A stretch of DNA of 63,823 bases, counting the filler, from Craspedostauros australis (taxonomy: Eukaryota): the NCBI GenBank assembly GCA_030167865.1. It is 4 parts of 4 records of this genome, joined end to end, with 100 filler letters (N's around TTAATTAATTAA, not from the genome) between each part and the next. Parts side by side here need not be neighbours in the genome. Positions count along the whole stretch, not along the records: positions 1 to 28,958 come from JALAGF010004949.1; 3 more parts are not named here. One strand, given 5' to 3'. Position 1 is the first letter of the stretch; each line of letters begins with the position of its first letter. Below, piece by piece: positions 1-11,136 of the stretch. The notes beneath the pieces were generated by a model, which was not told the origin of the DNA, ran no database searches, and saw only the letters and a program-made list of their open reading frames with translations. A program made the position numbers and the translations under genes.

Positions 1-1
1 C

Positions 2-397
2 AAGTACGAGATCGCGCTTTCTGTCTTCTCTTCCAAATGCGTGTGGATCAGTGGGCCATTTCCTGGTGGCACCCACGACCGGGCAATTTTCCGTCATGGT
101 CTCATGGACAAACTGGCAACAGGGAAACTTGCCATCGCCGATCGTGGATACCAAACCAGCGTGGCGGCTCAACGCGAACAACTGTCACTTCCAAGCGGTA
201 CCGACTCGTGGCGGCTCGCCAAGTTCAAAAGTCGGGCACGATGTCGTCACGAAAGCTTCAACGGGCGGATCAAGAAATTCAAGTCGATGGACGACACTTT
301 TCGCCATGGGTACGAGTGTCACATGCATGCTTTCGAAGCAGTGTGTGTCATCATACAGTACCAAATGGACAACGGATCAGGACTCTTCGCGGTGTGA
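2..397 (+). mobile_element. PIF/Harbinger-type DDE transposase (DDE_Tnp_4-like), C-terminal part, 5'-truncated by window edge
   Basis: Open frame from nt 2: KYEIALSVFSSKCVWISGPFPGGTHDRAIF...IADRGY...ARCRHESFNGRIKKF...FRH. The HD, ADxGY and R.RHE..NGR.K.F motifs are typical of Harbinger/IS5-family transposases. Confidence 0.8.
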
Positions 398-626
398 CCA
401 CGAACTCTTTGTACAGTCTGCTTCACATGTATTCTACAATAGTAACCAAATCAAAACGTAGACAACAACACTCCAATTCCACACTCGTCTCTGTTGTGAT
501 CTGTCCAGAGCAGGGCAGAGTCGAGGAGAGCCACCATTTCGTGGTTTGTTTGTGTGACCAAGTGCACTTGATTAGTTCGATCACTTCCCGACCTTGTCTT
601 CTTGGGTCACGAGTGACAAAATGGTG

Positions 627-777
627 CGATTTATTTATCCGTCATTCGAAAATAATATCCGTCATTCGATTTATTTATCCGTCATTCGAAAATAATATCC
701 GTCATTCGATTTAAATATCCGTCATTCGATTTATTTATCCGTCACTCGATTTATTTATCCGTCATTCGATTTATTTA
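627..777. repeat. 20-bp tandem repeat, ~7.5 copies (consensus TTCGATTTATTTATCCGTCA)
   Basis: Direct reading. The core TATCCGTCATTCGA recurs every 20 nt, with variant spacers TTTATT, AAATAA and TTTAAA. Confidence 0.95.
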
Positions 778-1162
778 GAATTAGAAAGTGTTTGTCATCG
801 GTATAGACGGGACTCGATCAATTAGGCCAGCGGCATCAATGCCTCGTTTTGTTTCTCCGAAATAGGTCCAACGGGGTTTCTCACTAAGTTCTTCGAAAGG
901 AGATTCGTTCTTCGCCAATCGTGGAATGTCAATTGCGGCCTTCTTGTGTCTGAGTGACAAAATTGGTTTTGGATGTCAAAGTAGTCGTACTAGTCGAAAT
1001 GCGTTTCCGTTGCTTTTTGCCGGGTGTCCCTGGTTTGTGATTGGATTCTTGTGTTCCCATCCGTGATGGCATCCAGCTCCCTCGGGTCCTGTGTCACGTC
1101 ACAGCCCGCATCGACTCATGACAAAGGTGTCAGCAGGGAGTTATCGCCTGTTGACATGCGAT

Positions 1163-2544
1163 AGTGACGGGGCCTGCAGTCAATCCTGAGGCGCCGGCAA
1201 CATACGGGGCTTTCAACCAAATAACGCACATATTCATATACTAGATAGAAATATAAGATACTCCATAGAGCCCGATTTTGCTCTAAGGTCTTATTTTAAA
1301 TTTTATGGGCCTTTGTAGATTTCCGGTCCACTTGGTCGAATATGCACGCTGTTTCGTGACGACTGAAAGACATTTATTAGTTTTTCCAATGCAAACAAAG
1401 TGATGGGTTCAGACACGTTCGGGAAAGGCCATTTTTTGACGGGTTGCGCATTTCAAGCACATCGCCGTTTGACCTGTTCGAACACATTTTCTTAGCGAAT
1501 AACCGTTATTACACGTTAATGTCCGCGTTCAAATTTGGATTCTGGTGGCATGCGCCGAATCTCCTCACATTTCGGCACAGAATCAACCTTTGCTTTTCTT
1601 CGGTGGTGTGCTGTGCTTGTTGCATGTTCATGCAGTGTTTGTATCATCACCTTCTTGCCTTCCTCCTGCTCAGTTCACTTTCATCACTAGTAGTCTTCTC
1701 CGTCTACCCATCAGTATCAATCAGCATCATGCCCGTCTCTACCACGAAAGCTGCGCCAATAGACTCCAATCCTCCCCCCTCCAAGAAGAAACGTTTGCCA
1801 TCCTCTCCATCCGTGCGCTCCTTTACATCGGATCCAATTGATCGCAAGAAACTGTTTGCGCCATCTGCTGCTGAGAAGTTGTCGCCTCCATTGGATATGG
1901 ATGGTAAGCAGCACAAACGTAATTCTGCAACAGACAAGCTCCTCCCTCCTGTGCTCAAAGGCGCGACCTTCGACAACGAGTGCGACGTTGAGATTCTTAC
2001 CAACGACGAATAGAATCGCGCACTCCAACAAAAACACAACGAACACAACACTTACCCAACCACCGACGAACGCAAACAATACTGACACAGAGATCGTTCC
2101 TGCGCAACAGACAACATCAGAAGAGGAGGAAATCTCGCTACAACAAGAAGAAAACACAACATCGGAGCGAATCGTGCGTGAGACACAAACGATGGAGGAA
2201 CACACGGAATCTCCTGAGATGTTGGACCAAAATGTGAGGACACAATTGCGGCAAAGAGTCGGAGCCGCAATGCAGGGACAACAAAATAAAATTAGCACTG
2301 AAATTGACATCGACGATCCTGCTTTTGGCGATACGAATCAAGGCACCAAGACAACGGATCTGGCCGGAGTGCGCTAGCCGTGTCTAGATGAGCAAAAAAT
2401 CGAGGGGTCCATAAAAATTTAAATACGGCCTTGGAGCAAAATATACGTCCACTATGCATCTTAAAATTTATGAATATGTGAGCGGTTTGGTCGAAAGCCC
2501 CGTATGTTGCCGGCACCCCAGGACCGACTGCAGGTCCCGTCGCT
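1163..2544. mobile_element. Non-autonomous DNA transposon with ~140-150 bp imperfect terminal inverted repeats (MULE-like)
   Basis: Left end AGTGACGGGGCCTGCAGTCAATCCTGAGGCGCCGGCAACATACGGGGCTTTCAACCAAA matches the reverse complement of the right end, AGCGACGGGACCTGCAGTCGGTCCTGGGGTGCCGGCAACATACGGGGCTTTCGACCAAA. Similarity continues (CACATATTCATA, ATTTTGCTCYAAGG, AAATTTTATGG) over ~1163-1312 and ~2405-2544. No clean TSD was found. Confidence 0.8.
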
Positions 2545-2619
2545 CAAGTGGGTCATAGAGTGTTTGTCGTGTGACTCGCATCAGGCGTCGGTGAAATTGA
2601 GAGTTGATGCAAAAAGAGA

Positions 2620-2692
2620 TGCTTTAACCGTGAATCGAACACGGGGCCTCAAGATCTTCAGTCTTGCGCTCTCCCAACTGAGCTATCAAAGC
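2620..2692 (-). tRNA. tRNA-Phe (GAA)
   Basis: Minus strand reads GCTTTGA TA GCTC AGTTGGGA GAGC G CAAGA CTGAAGA TCTTG AGGCC CCGTG TTCGATT CACGG TTAAAGC A. This is a full 73-nt cloverleaf with anticodon GAA, followed by a T5 Pol III terminator (aaaaa at 2611-2615). Confidence 0.95.
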
Positions 2693-3448
2693 TATCGACA
2701 CATTTCTTGGATGATATTGAGATTATACTTATTTTATTGTTGCTCTCAAGCACGCCTTTTTGCTGCGCGAGGTTGGTATCGCACAATCCACAGTCTACAA
2801 CACGTCCTCTACGACTATTCAGTTGTTATGATGCGATCGCTTGTGCTCTCGTTCTATTATTGTGGACACCACACGACGCGCCTACAGCCATAGAATGTTT
2901 CATGCCGAGGTGGTGTTCTATGAGTCTCGCCATTGTCACCACGTTTTCATCGCGACTGTGGACCATTGCCAGCCTCTTGTCTCTCTTGGGTGCTCTCGCT
3001 CTCGTTCCTTCCTTGCGCAGCGTTGTTCGTTCTTGCGTCTACTCTCCTCCACTCTCCTCGATTCTCCTCTCTTCTCGACCCGGATGATCCTACTGTGCTT
3101 GAGCGCGATTTAAGCGTATGTACCCGCACGGTGCATCGCACATGTCGATTCGTCCCGTGGTTGAGAGGCAGTGCTGTTCCATTCTTTCGCCCGGCAGATC
3201 AGCCTGTGAGCTCAGCATTTTGTTTTGGAAGAGTCGCATTGCACACATCCTTCACATGCGAGTATTCGCCTTGGCGCTTGATGATGCTGGTATTTTTGCA
3301 ATCGTTGCAGGCAAAAACCTCTACTCTATTACGCTATTTCTATGCCCATCCGGCGAAAAAAGGTGCTTCAGCGTTTCCCAGGTGAATCAGTGACAAGGAA
3401 CGGGTGAGAGTCGCCATCATATCACGGACGGTGGTGTTTCCATCTCTT

Positions 3449-4561
3449 TCATTGCCTTGTCATTGCCTTGTCATTGCCTTCATCTTGACTCTGATGGAAT
3501 GGTCCGACCCTGGTCGCAAAAATGGAATGCGCATGCTGCCGCATTTCCGCGTCGTCGATCAGGATGCCCTCGGCGGCTGGATAAACCGTCGGAGATCTCC
3601 GATTCCACATGTACTCCTCTCGCAGCTTCTGCATGAACAGTTCATCCCTTCGCTTGGTGCGTTCGTGGACCAACCGTCCTTTGACCTTGTACAACACGGT
3701 GCACACCAAGGCCACGACCGCGAAAATTCCGATGCTTCTCGCAACCGGCCTGCCGTTCCCAAAGTGATGCGTCTCAGCGTTAATCGATCTGGATCTGCTG
3801 CTGGCGCTCGCGAGGAATGGGAGATCATCGCATTCCAAGCACGAGGGCGCTTGTGAAGGAGCAGAGCTCACAGTTGGCTGCTGGGATTGCGCCCGTGAAG
3901 GAGCGGGGCTCACAGTTGGCTGCTGGGATTGCGCCCGTGAAGGAGCGGAGCTCACAGTTGGCTGCTGGGATTGCGCTTGTGAAGGAACGGAGCTCACAGT
4001 TGGCTGCTGGGATTGGATGAGCTTGCTTTTCGGAGTTTCGTCGGAATCAATGGATGGCGGGGTCTTCTTGTCCACACCCTTGGGCCTTGAGGTTCTCGCA
4101 TTGGAGGATTTGGTGGCCTTCAATTTGGACTTGGATGAATTTTTGGTTGACTTATCGCTTTTGCTGCTTTTGCTGCGCTTGCTATGGCTCTTGAGCTTGC
4201 GTGGGACAACGTCAGCCTCATCATCATCATCATCATCACTTGCATCGTCGAAATCCCTGCCGTCGTCAAGTAAGTCGTTCGTGCCTTGGCTTTCATCGCT
4301 GTCGGATTCTTGATCGGAATGATCGCTGTCACCATCCAGCGATTGTTCCGACGCCAACTCAGCACCCTTCGAAGGAGCGGGAATGCCGACTTGAGTAGCA
4401 GCATCGATCTCGGGCAGCGCAGATCTTGGTTGGATCGGAGGTGAAAGACGATACTTTTGAGGATGGCTGTTTCCATCGGTGATGGACGAGCAGGAGACCA
4501 TGGGCAGCACGAAGCATGCCGTGATAGTCGTGGTCAACATGGCGACGCGGAAGGACTTCAT
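3449..4561 (-). CDS. Type I membrane protein: signal peptide, acidic tract, RKL site, K/S-rich KXXK cluster, 14-aa repeats, C-terminal TM
   Basis: 370-aa ORF. N-terminal hydrophobic signal (MLTTTITACFVLPMVSC), poly-Asp, RKLKSHSKRSKSSKSDKSTK, four QSQQPTVSSAPS-type repeats, and TM IGIFAVVALVCTVLY followed by basic residues. Confidence 0.7.
   Translation of the reverse strand: MKSFRVAMLTTTITACFVLPMVSCSSITDGNSHPQKYRLSPPIQPRSALPEIDAATQVGIPAPSKGAELASEQSLDGDSDHSDQESDSDESQGTNDLLDDGRDFDDASDDDDDDEADVVPRKLKSHSKRSKSSKSDKSTKNSSKSKLKATKSSNARTSRPKGVDKKTPPSIDSDETPKSKLIQSQQPTVSSVPSQAQSQQPTVSSAPSRAQSQQPTVSPAPSRAQSQQPTVSSAPSQAPSCLECDDLPFLASASSRSRSINAETHHFGNGRPVARSIGIFAVVALVCTVLYKVKGRLVHERTKRRDELFMQKLREEYMWNRRSPTVYPAAEGILIDDAEMRQHAHSIFATRVGPFHQSQDEGNDKAMTRQ
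3847..4014. repeat. 42-bp tandem repeat x4 inside the ORF
   Basis: The unit GTGAAGGARCRGRGCTCACAGTTGGCTGCTGGGATTGCGCYY repeats four times and encodes AQSQQPTVSSAPSR. Confidence 0.95.
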
Positions 4562-5973
4562 TGCTGCTGGAGGGATTATGGCACTTTCTCTGTCTTGATT
4601 GGATTGCGCCGCTGCGGCTCATGGCAACAGGTTGTTTGGTGATGTGTTGACCCAATCCATGGACGCCTTATCCACGACGCATGGTCGTGTAAACTCCTCA
4701 TCTTTGTCTTGCCCGCATCAAAACTGTGAACAGAAAATCACCACGACCCGAGGTCACAAATCACCCAAACATGGCGCCCAAGGACGAGCAAGTGCCACCG
4801 GCCTGTTCTGCGCTGAGAGTGTTGTGTGAATCCTGCATGTCGGCATGCGTTTCGCACGTCCACTGTCCCACTTAGGGAAGAGCCAGTCGTGCCCTCGCAT
4901 GCCATTCGTTATTTCAACGTGTGTTACATACGTGCGCAGGTCGGGCACGATGCTCCCACAAAAATTTGAGACGAAAATTTATCCACGACACCAGGATGCT
5001 CTACTCCATCTCAGAGCAGACCGCTCTCGATAGCAGTGTAACAGCTCGTGCAACATTTCACACGACAGACGTATCTGCTCCCACGATATCAGTACGATCC
5101 ACTTTCAGTACGCACATTTGATTGATGAATTAACAGCATAGTCGTATTAGTTCAGTACAGTACCATAGTCCACGATGGACCACAACTCCATGAAATCCTC
5201 TCCGGAGCTCCATGTTCTTACATTCTTCAAGTCGTCCGAGAACACTCGTTGGAGTTGCTGTGCCATACTCAGTCGTTTCTATGAGGAGCCATCCGGTTTT
5301 GAGAACGTGGCCGGGAACGCAGCACCCCAACAAGGTCTGGTGGGATGCCCAAATCATCTTCCCTTCTTCGGCAAGCGATGTAGACGTCGTGGGCACCCAA
5401 CTTGTCCAGATCCATCTGGGGGGTCAGGAGCCGCAGCTCAACTCAACTCAACTCGAGCGCAGAGCAGGTGTAGAGGAAGCAACTGTTGCCAATGCGATGA
5501 CAGACATAAGAATGCCTTCTTTTCATCGATGAAGTTCGGCAGGTTGTCGTGTTGTCCTGCTGGATGCCAACCCGAAGCACGCGAAAACAACAGCAAACAA
5601 GCCGAGCTGTCCTTCCTCCATGTTTGATGGTTGACGTTCTTCGCGTTGGCGAAGTTACAGCAGTCGAGTGAGTCGAAGGCCAGCTTTTCGAGTTGGAACT
5701 CAAATGATGATAAATATATATTTTACCGCAGTATTGTTGATGAGATATCGAACAATCGTGTTGAACGGACTCAAACGAACAATACGATTGCTTTTAGTCC
5801 TATTTGAGATCGTCCTGGAGATGTGCAAGATCAAACACGAACACAAAGGAAGATGGTGGAGGGATGTCGGATCCTCGCAGTTCTGGGCAACAACCGAGCG
5901 AAGAAGCAAAAGAGCAACAACACAGCACAAAACGAATGCTCACACAAACACCAAAGAAGAAAGACAAAGCGAG

Positions 5974-6486
5974 ATGGGTATCGCAGACGACGTCAAGGAG
6001 AAGGTACGAGTACGGATGTGTCGATGCATGAGCATGTGGATGGATAATCATGCGAAGATGCAAAGATTCGATTGGTGGATGATCAAGTGCTTTCCAATCG
6101 TCGTAGAGCTGGATGCTGTCCATTTCTCGTTCCTCGCCACTCCCTTCGCTTTCCTCCCAAACTATCATACCCTGCTGACCTCTCCACGCATGCATCGTTT
6201 CGATCCCATTCCGTTCTGTTCCATTCCACCCCAGTGCATCTCGCAACTCGAGGCAGAGTTTGTGCAATGCATCGACAACAGCGATGATCAATGCGACGGT
6301 GCCAAGCTCGATATGATCATCGTGAGCAAGCAATTCGAGGGTGTGTCGCTGCTGAAACGGCATCAAAAGGTGAATGATTTGGTGGCAGAGGAGCTGGCAG
6401 ACAATAGGATCCATGCCATCACCATGAAGACGTGGACACCGGAGCAGTACGAAAAGAAGAAGAGCAAAGCTGCCGCCAGCACGTGA
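5974..6486 (+). CDS. BolA-family protein (2 exons, ~93 aa)
   Basis: Exon 1 5974-6003 (MGIADDVKEK), GT-AG intron 6004-6234, exon 2 6235-6486. Exon 2 carries BolA motifs IIVSKQFEGVSLLKRHQKV and IHAITMKTWTPEQY, plus a QCDG motif resembling the BolA2/3 Cys loop. Confidence 0.88.
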   Translation: MGIADDVKEKVRVRMCRCMSMWMDNHAKMQRFDWWMIKCFPIVVELDAVHFSFLATPFAFLPNYHTLLTSPRMHRFDPIPFCSIPPQCISQLEAEFVQCIDNSDDQCDGAKLDMIIVSKQFEGVSLLKRHQKVNDLVAEELADNRIHAITMKTWTPEQYEKKKSKAAAST

Positions 6487-6913
6487 TGATCAACATTAGC
6501 ATCTGTTGACTCTGACCCACATACTCGTGCAGGTGCATACCAGTACGCATAGGTAGATATCAAGCCAAAATTGAATCAGGCGCATAGTACTCTTCACACC
6601 CTCTCGAGACCAAAGCACCAACTTGCTCAACCATCCTCGTATGCAGGTCACGTATTCGTACTAGTAGTCCTCCTTCGCTTTGTGTGTGTGTGTGATTCAA
6701 AGTAATGTTATCCTAAAAGCATGATGTTTCACATGATGCGCTTACTCCACCATACCATGGGGTACCACGCGCTGTTCTGCCCATGACCCACTGCTTGCAC
6801 CCGCCAATATGTGTTTGCTTTCCACAAGATGCTACGATGCATAATATCATAGAGTACTCTCGGCTTGATCTTCTTGTGTTGTTTGTTCGATTATGGCGCG
6901 CCATGCAAGACAT

Positions 6914-9535
6914 CTACAACTCCTCACGGCTCGAGCTGGCGACCTCGACAATCTTGGTGACGAAGTTGACGCAGAGGATCAGAGCCACGGCACTGCCCAG
7001 CACGATGGGGCCGAATGGATCATCCCAACGTGTTGGGATGCGAGAACGGATCAGATCAGCACGCCACAAGAAGACATGCAGAGCGTAGACGCAGAATGCC
7101 AACGAGATGGGCAGCAAGGCCAGCGCATACCACTCGCCCCACGTCGCACCGCTGGTTTCGGAGAATGCCAAAACGCCTGCCGCGATGGTAGAGAGGATGA
7201 CGCCGTGGTGCAACCAGTGCAGGAAGGTGCGTTCGTTGGCCAGGAAGACCTTGGGTTCGATCTTTTGGATCGAGGTCGGCGCGACGACTGGTTCGCTGTA
7301 GTTGTATCCGGAGCAGAAATGGAATGGCCAGGAGCACATGTGATTATCGTTGCCATCTTCTTCGTCGTCGAAGTAATCCATGTGTTCTGGACTGTCGAAG
7401 GCCATGGCACCACTGGAGTTGGTCGCCTTGGAGCTGCTGCCATATCCCTTGGAAACAGCTACCGACACTGAAGTTCTGCCGACGGCCGTATCGCGCCTGT
7501 CGTTGGACACATCACCGAAGGGCAGCAAGTGATCGTAGACCATGTTGGCTCCCGGACCGACGCCCTCCTTGTCGTCGACCAGGATGAGGCCGCCCTCCGA
7601 CGCGATGATGGATTCACGCAATGAGATGTCGTCGACCCAGTACGGAACGCTCTGCACATCCTCCGGCAGCAGCACGGCGCATCCGTGACAGTACTTGGAG
7701 TACTTGTGGCATTCGTAGAGAAGGCCCGAGTTTTGAAGGTCGGTGACCCACTGTGGTGGCGTCATGTTGCCGCCCTTCAACTCGAGCTTGATCTCCAGGA
7801 CGGCGTGCGGGAAGCGGTTGATCTCGTTTGGCTGGAGGATCCATTCCGGCTTGCGATGCCATACCTTCATGTCCTGCAAGTCGTAGCCACGCTCCGAGAT
7901 CATGCAGAGGTTGGTGTCGAGCGAGATTCGCACGGTCGCATCGAACGGGATCTGGAAGGCGGTGCGCATGCATTGCGTTCGGACGGTGGGCACGAGCTGT
8001 TTGCTGGCGCAGACCTGCGTGATTTCTGTGACGAGCTGTTCCCACTCGTCGCATTCCTCTGGCGTCTTCCCCTTGGCCGCCATTTCCTTTCTCTTTTCCG
8101 CGATCGGGTACGTGTTGGTCAAGACTTGTTGGACTTCCGGCTCTTTAATCTGTGAATTGCGAAAGTGAGATTATGAGGGATTGGGTTAGTGAGTGAGTAC
8201 ATGAGTGAGCGCATGGATTGGGGATAGCCAGAGTTGGCGAAGAGACACACAGAGAGAGAGAGAATAGATGTTGCTGCAGCATCATTAACACTATCGCACG
8301 TTCACGCAAGTGCCATGCGCCAGTATCAAGCACGTACCACGAACCGCTCCTTGACAGAGACTTCGCCGGTCCACTTGTCGTTGTGCGTCTTGCGTTCCAC
8401 GAAGATGGTGTCCGGCTCACCGACGCCGTACCAACGCAACCGCAACGCGATGGCACCGGGCGTCTTCTCCAACCGCCCATGGTACAGCTCCAACTGATCG
8501 TTGTCGATGTAGACGGAGTTGGTGAACTGCGAATCGCTCTCACCCGAGCTGGTCTTTTGCAGGAAGACCGGAAGGCGACGCAGGATGGCGTACTTGACGC
8601 GGCTGACGTCCTCCGTCTTGACCCAGTACTTGGTGGTCGATCGCAGGAAGGACTGCGAGGCGTCCTTGTTCTCCTTGGCGACGTGATCCTCACGCAGTTG
8701 GGAATAGATTTGCGAAAGGCGCACGACGAGGTCGCTGTAGTCGCCGCGCACCCAGGCCTGGGCGTGCATGCGGGAGATGTAGAATACCTTGCAAGGGGTG
8801 TTGGGGAGGTGCTTGTCGTGCTTTTTCAGTATTTTGTGGAATCCCATGAAGTTGATGTTGACGAACTTTTCCAATCGCAGGAAGTCCTCCGCGATCTCAT
8901 CGGCCTGCGCCATGACTGCGTCGTTGTCCGCGGTTCCCACCATCTCTTCGGTCGTGATGATCTTGTTGCGCAGCTCCGTGACCTTCTCCAGCGTGAACTC
9001 CTCCACCTTTGTGAGTTCGGAATCCACCAGTTTGAGGAACGCCTCTTCCGTTGCGGACGAGTTGCCGACCGCCAATCCTTGCGCATTGGTGGGAGGCGGC
9101 GTGGTCAGCGATGTATATCTGGTCGTGAGGTCGGCACTGTGTATCGATTTGCGTTTCATCATGATTGGACACAGCGGCGTTCAATTGACACCAGTGGCAG
9201 TGGTAGTTGCGCCATACAGTGCGAATGCACATTTGCAGTACGTTGGATGCAGCACGTAGTGCAGCAGAGAGAAGAAGAAGAGAGATTGAGTGAGGATCCG
9301 CATCGCACGGAAGCGAACAAACATGATGACAGCACCATCGTGCGAAGCGCCGTTCCTTCCGACAACAACTGATACGGCAGCGCAATGGAATGAAACGGAT
9401 GCAGAAGACAACGTACCCGCTGGGCGCCATCTCGGCAAGGTCTCGGATGATATCATCGAGGGCGGAGTAGTTGAGGTATGGCTCTGCTCCGTACTCTGGC
9501 GAAATGTTCGCCCTCAGGTGTTCTCCAAACTTCAT
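6914..9535 (-). CDS. VTC4: Vacuolar transporter chaperone / polyphosphate polymerase (SPX-VTC-DUF202), 3 exons, ~717 aa
   Basis: Exons 9535-9417, 9136-8338 and 8149-6914, with phase-compatible GT-AG introns. SPX start MKFGEHL...YLNY and NFMGFHKILKKHDK. Catalytic-tunnel motifs RSTTKYWV, LRLRWYG, FVERK, LEIK and KYSKY. C-terminal KVFLANERTFLHWL plus three TM helices. Confidence 0.92.
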
Positions 9536-9591
9536 TGCGCCGTTCTTCTCTCTCTATCTGCTGTTGCGACTGATTATGCTATTGCTTGTGA

Positions 9592-9869
9592 TGAATCTAG
9601 CAATGTTGTATGGTCGTTTATTATGATCGGTAGCTGCGAGTATGCCGATCAGTCATCGGTCGATCAGCCTCTCTCCTTCACAAGGTTGGGCCAGTGGATG
9701 AATGTGCAACGAAATGGATGCGCAACGAAATGAATGTGCAACGAATCCCTTCACACACCAGAATTGCAGCATCCAACATGCTGCTCGTTTTGCGGTGCCC
9801 ATGTTTTGTTGACTGGCTGTTGTTGTTGCGTGAGTGTTGTACCTGTGGTATGGTACCGGCATGAATCTC
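9592..9869 (+). promoter_or_regulatory. Two YGAATCTH-type (PtPSR-like) candidate phosphate-starvation elements in the VTC4/IMPase divergent promoter
   Basis: TGAATCTA at 9592-9599 and TGAATCTC at 9862-9869 match the motif reported for the Phaeodactylum PSR Myb factor. The motif is short and could occur by chance. Confidence 0.4.
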
Positions 9870-10179
9870 CAAGAATCGAAAGAGAACACAATTGTTACAA
9901 CAAATTAACCTATATAAGGTCTGTACATCGCAACCAGCTTCGTCCAGCGTGTCCTCAAGGAAGCGTGTCCTTTCTCTCCAGTTGATTAAGCAAGCCGCAA
10001 AACACACACGGACAAGCCAACGATCTTTCCTTGTTGGCACTGTTTGCACGTCGTCCCCCCCCCCCCACACACACACACTTCGCGAACGCCGAGGGTCTCC
10101 CTCTTCCAACCATGGAGTCGTCCTCGTAACAGCACATACTCGAACGATCCGTCATAAGACTCTGTACATTCCAAGAAAG

Positions 10180-11136
10180 ATGGCGACGGAAGAAAGTGGC
10201 GCAATTGATTTGCAGGAGATCCTGCAAGTCGCCAAGGAGGCAGCAAAGCTTGCCGGCGCCGAAATCAACCGCGTCTGGTGGCATGATGTTCCATCAGCCT
10301 CCCAAGATGACGACCATGGCAACCATGGCAACAACGGCAATGGCGAGGACGCGGCAACGCAACCCAAAATAGAAACGAAGAGCAACTCTGTCGACCTGGT
10401 CACGGAGACGGACCAGAAGTGCGAAGAGCTCGTGCTGGAACTGCTGCGATCCAAGTACCCCGCGCACGCCATCATCGGCGAGGAGTCCTGCGGCACGCAC
10501 GGCACCTACGAACTCACCGATGCGCCCACGTGGACGGTGGATCCGATCGACGGCACGACCAACTTCGTGCACCGCCTGGGATTGAGCTGCGTCCTCATCG
10601 CCTTCTTGCGCAACAAGGAGGTCCAGGTCGGCGTCATCTACAATCCCACCTCCGAGGAGCTCTTTTGGGCCGTGCGCGGCAGCGGGGCCTTCTTGCAGAC
10701 GAGGGATGCCACGGTGCGCAAGCTGCGCGTCTCCGCAACCACCGACATCACGCAGGCCGTCGTGGCCATGGATCCGGGATACGGACGCGACGCGCTCTCC
10801 GTGCATCGCTATCAATCCGTGCAGCGCCAGATACTGGAACGCGGCGTGCGCCACGTGCGAGTGTTGGGGTGCTGCGGCGTCTGTCTGGCCTACGTTGCGT
10901 GTGGCAGATTCGACGCCTGTTTCGAGGAAGGATCCTGGGAGGATGGGACGGGGCCCAAGATCTGGGATCTGTGTGCCGGCAAGCTCATCATCGAGGAGGC
11001 GGGCGGTGTCACGAGGGATATCACGGGCCGCTCATCCAAGGACAGGCCGATGGATGTCCTGCAACGCTCCGTCTTTGCGGCGGCGACTCCGCAACTTGCC
11101 GATCAGCTCCTGGATATCATGTACAATACTAAATGA
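10180..11136 (+). CDS. Inositol monophosphatase (FIG superfamily)
   Basis: Motifs DLVTETD, IIGEE, WTVDPIDGTTNFVH and KIWDLCAG. Likely start is ATG 10180 (MATEESG). Confidence 0.92.
   Translation: MATEESGAIDLQEILQVAKEAAKLAGAEINRVWWHDVPSASQDDDHGNHGNNGNGEDAATQPKIETKSNSVDLVTETDQKCEELVLELLRSKYPAHAIIGEESCGTHGTYELTDAPTWTVDPIDGTTNFVHRLGLSCVLIAFLRNKEVQVGVIYNPTSEELFWAVRGSGAFLQTRDATVRKLRVSATTDITQAVVAMDPGYGRDALSVHRYQSVQRQILERGVRHVRVLGCCGVCLAYVACGRFDACFEEGSWEDGTGPKIWDLCAGKLIIEEAGGVTRDITGRSSKDRPMDVLQRSVFAAATPQLADQLLDIMYNTK

Noticed and set aside
627..777. CRISPR-like repeat array
   Set aside because: The intervening segments are 6-nt recurring variants, not unique spacers. The context is eukaryotic with no cas genes.
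5130..5530. Possible small secreted-protein gene on the minus strand (MSVIALATVASSTPA...)
   Set aside because: A stop follows after ~19 codons and there is no recognisable domain. At best it is a decayed fragment.
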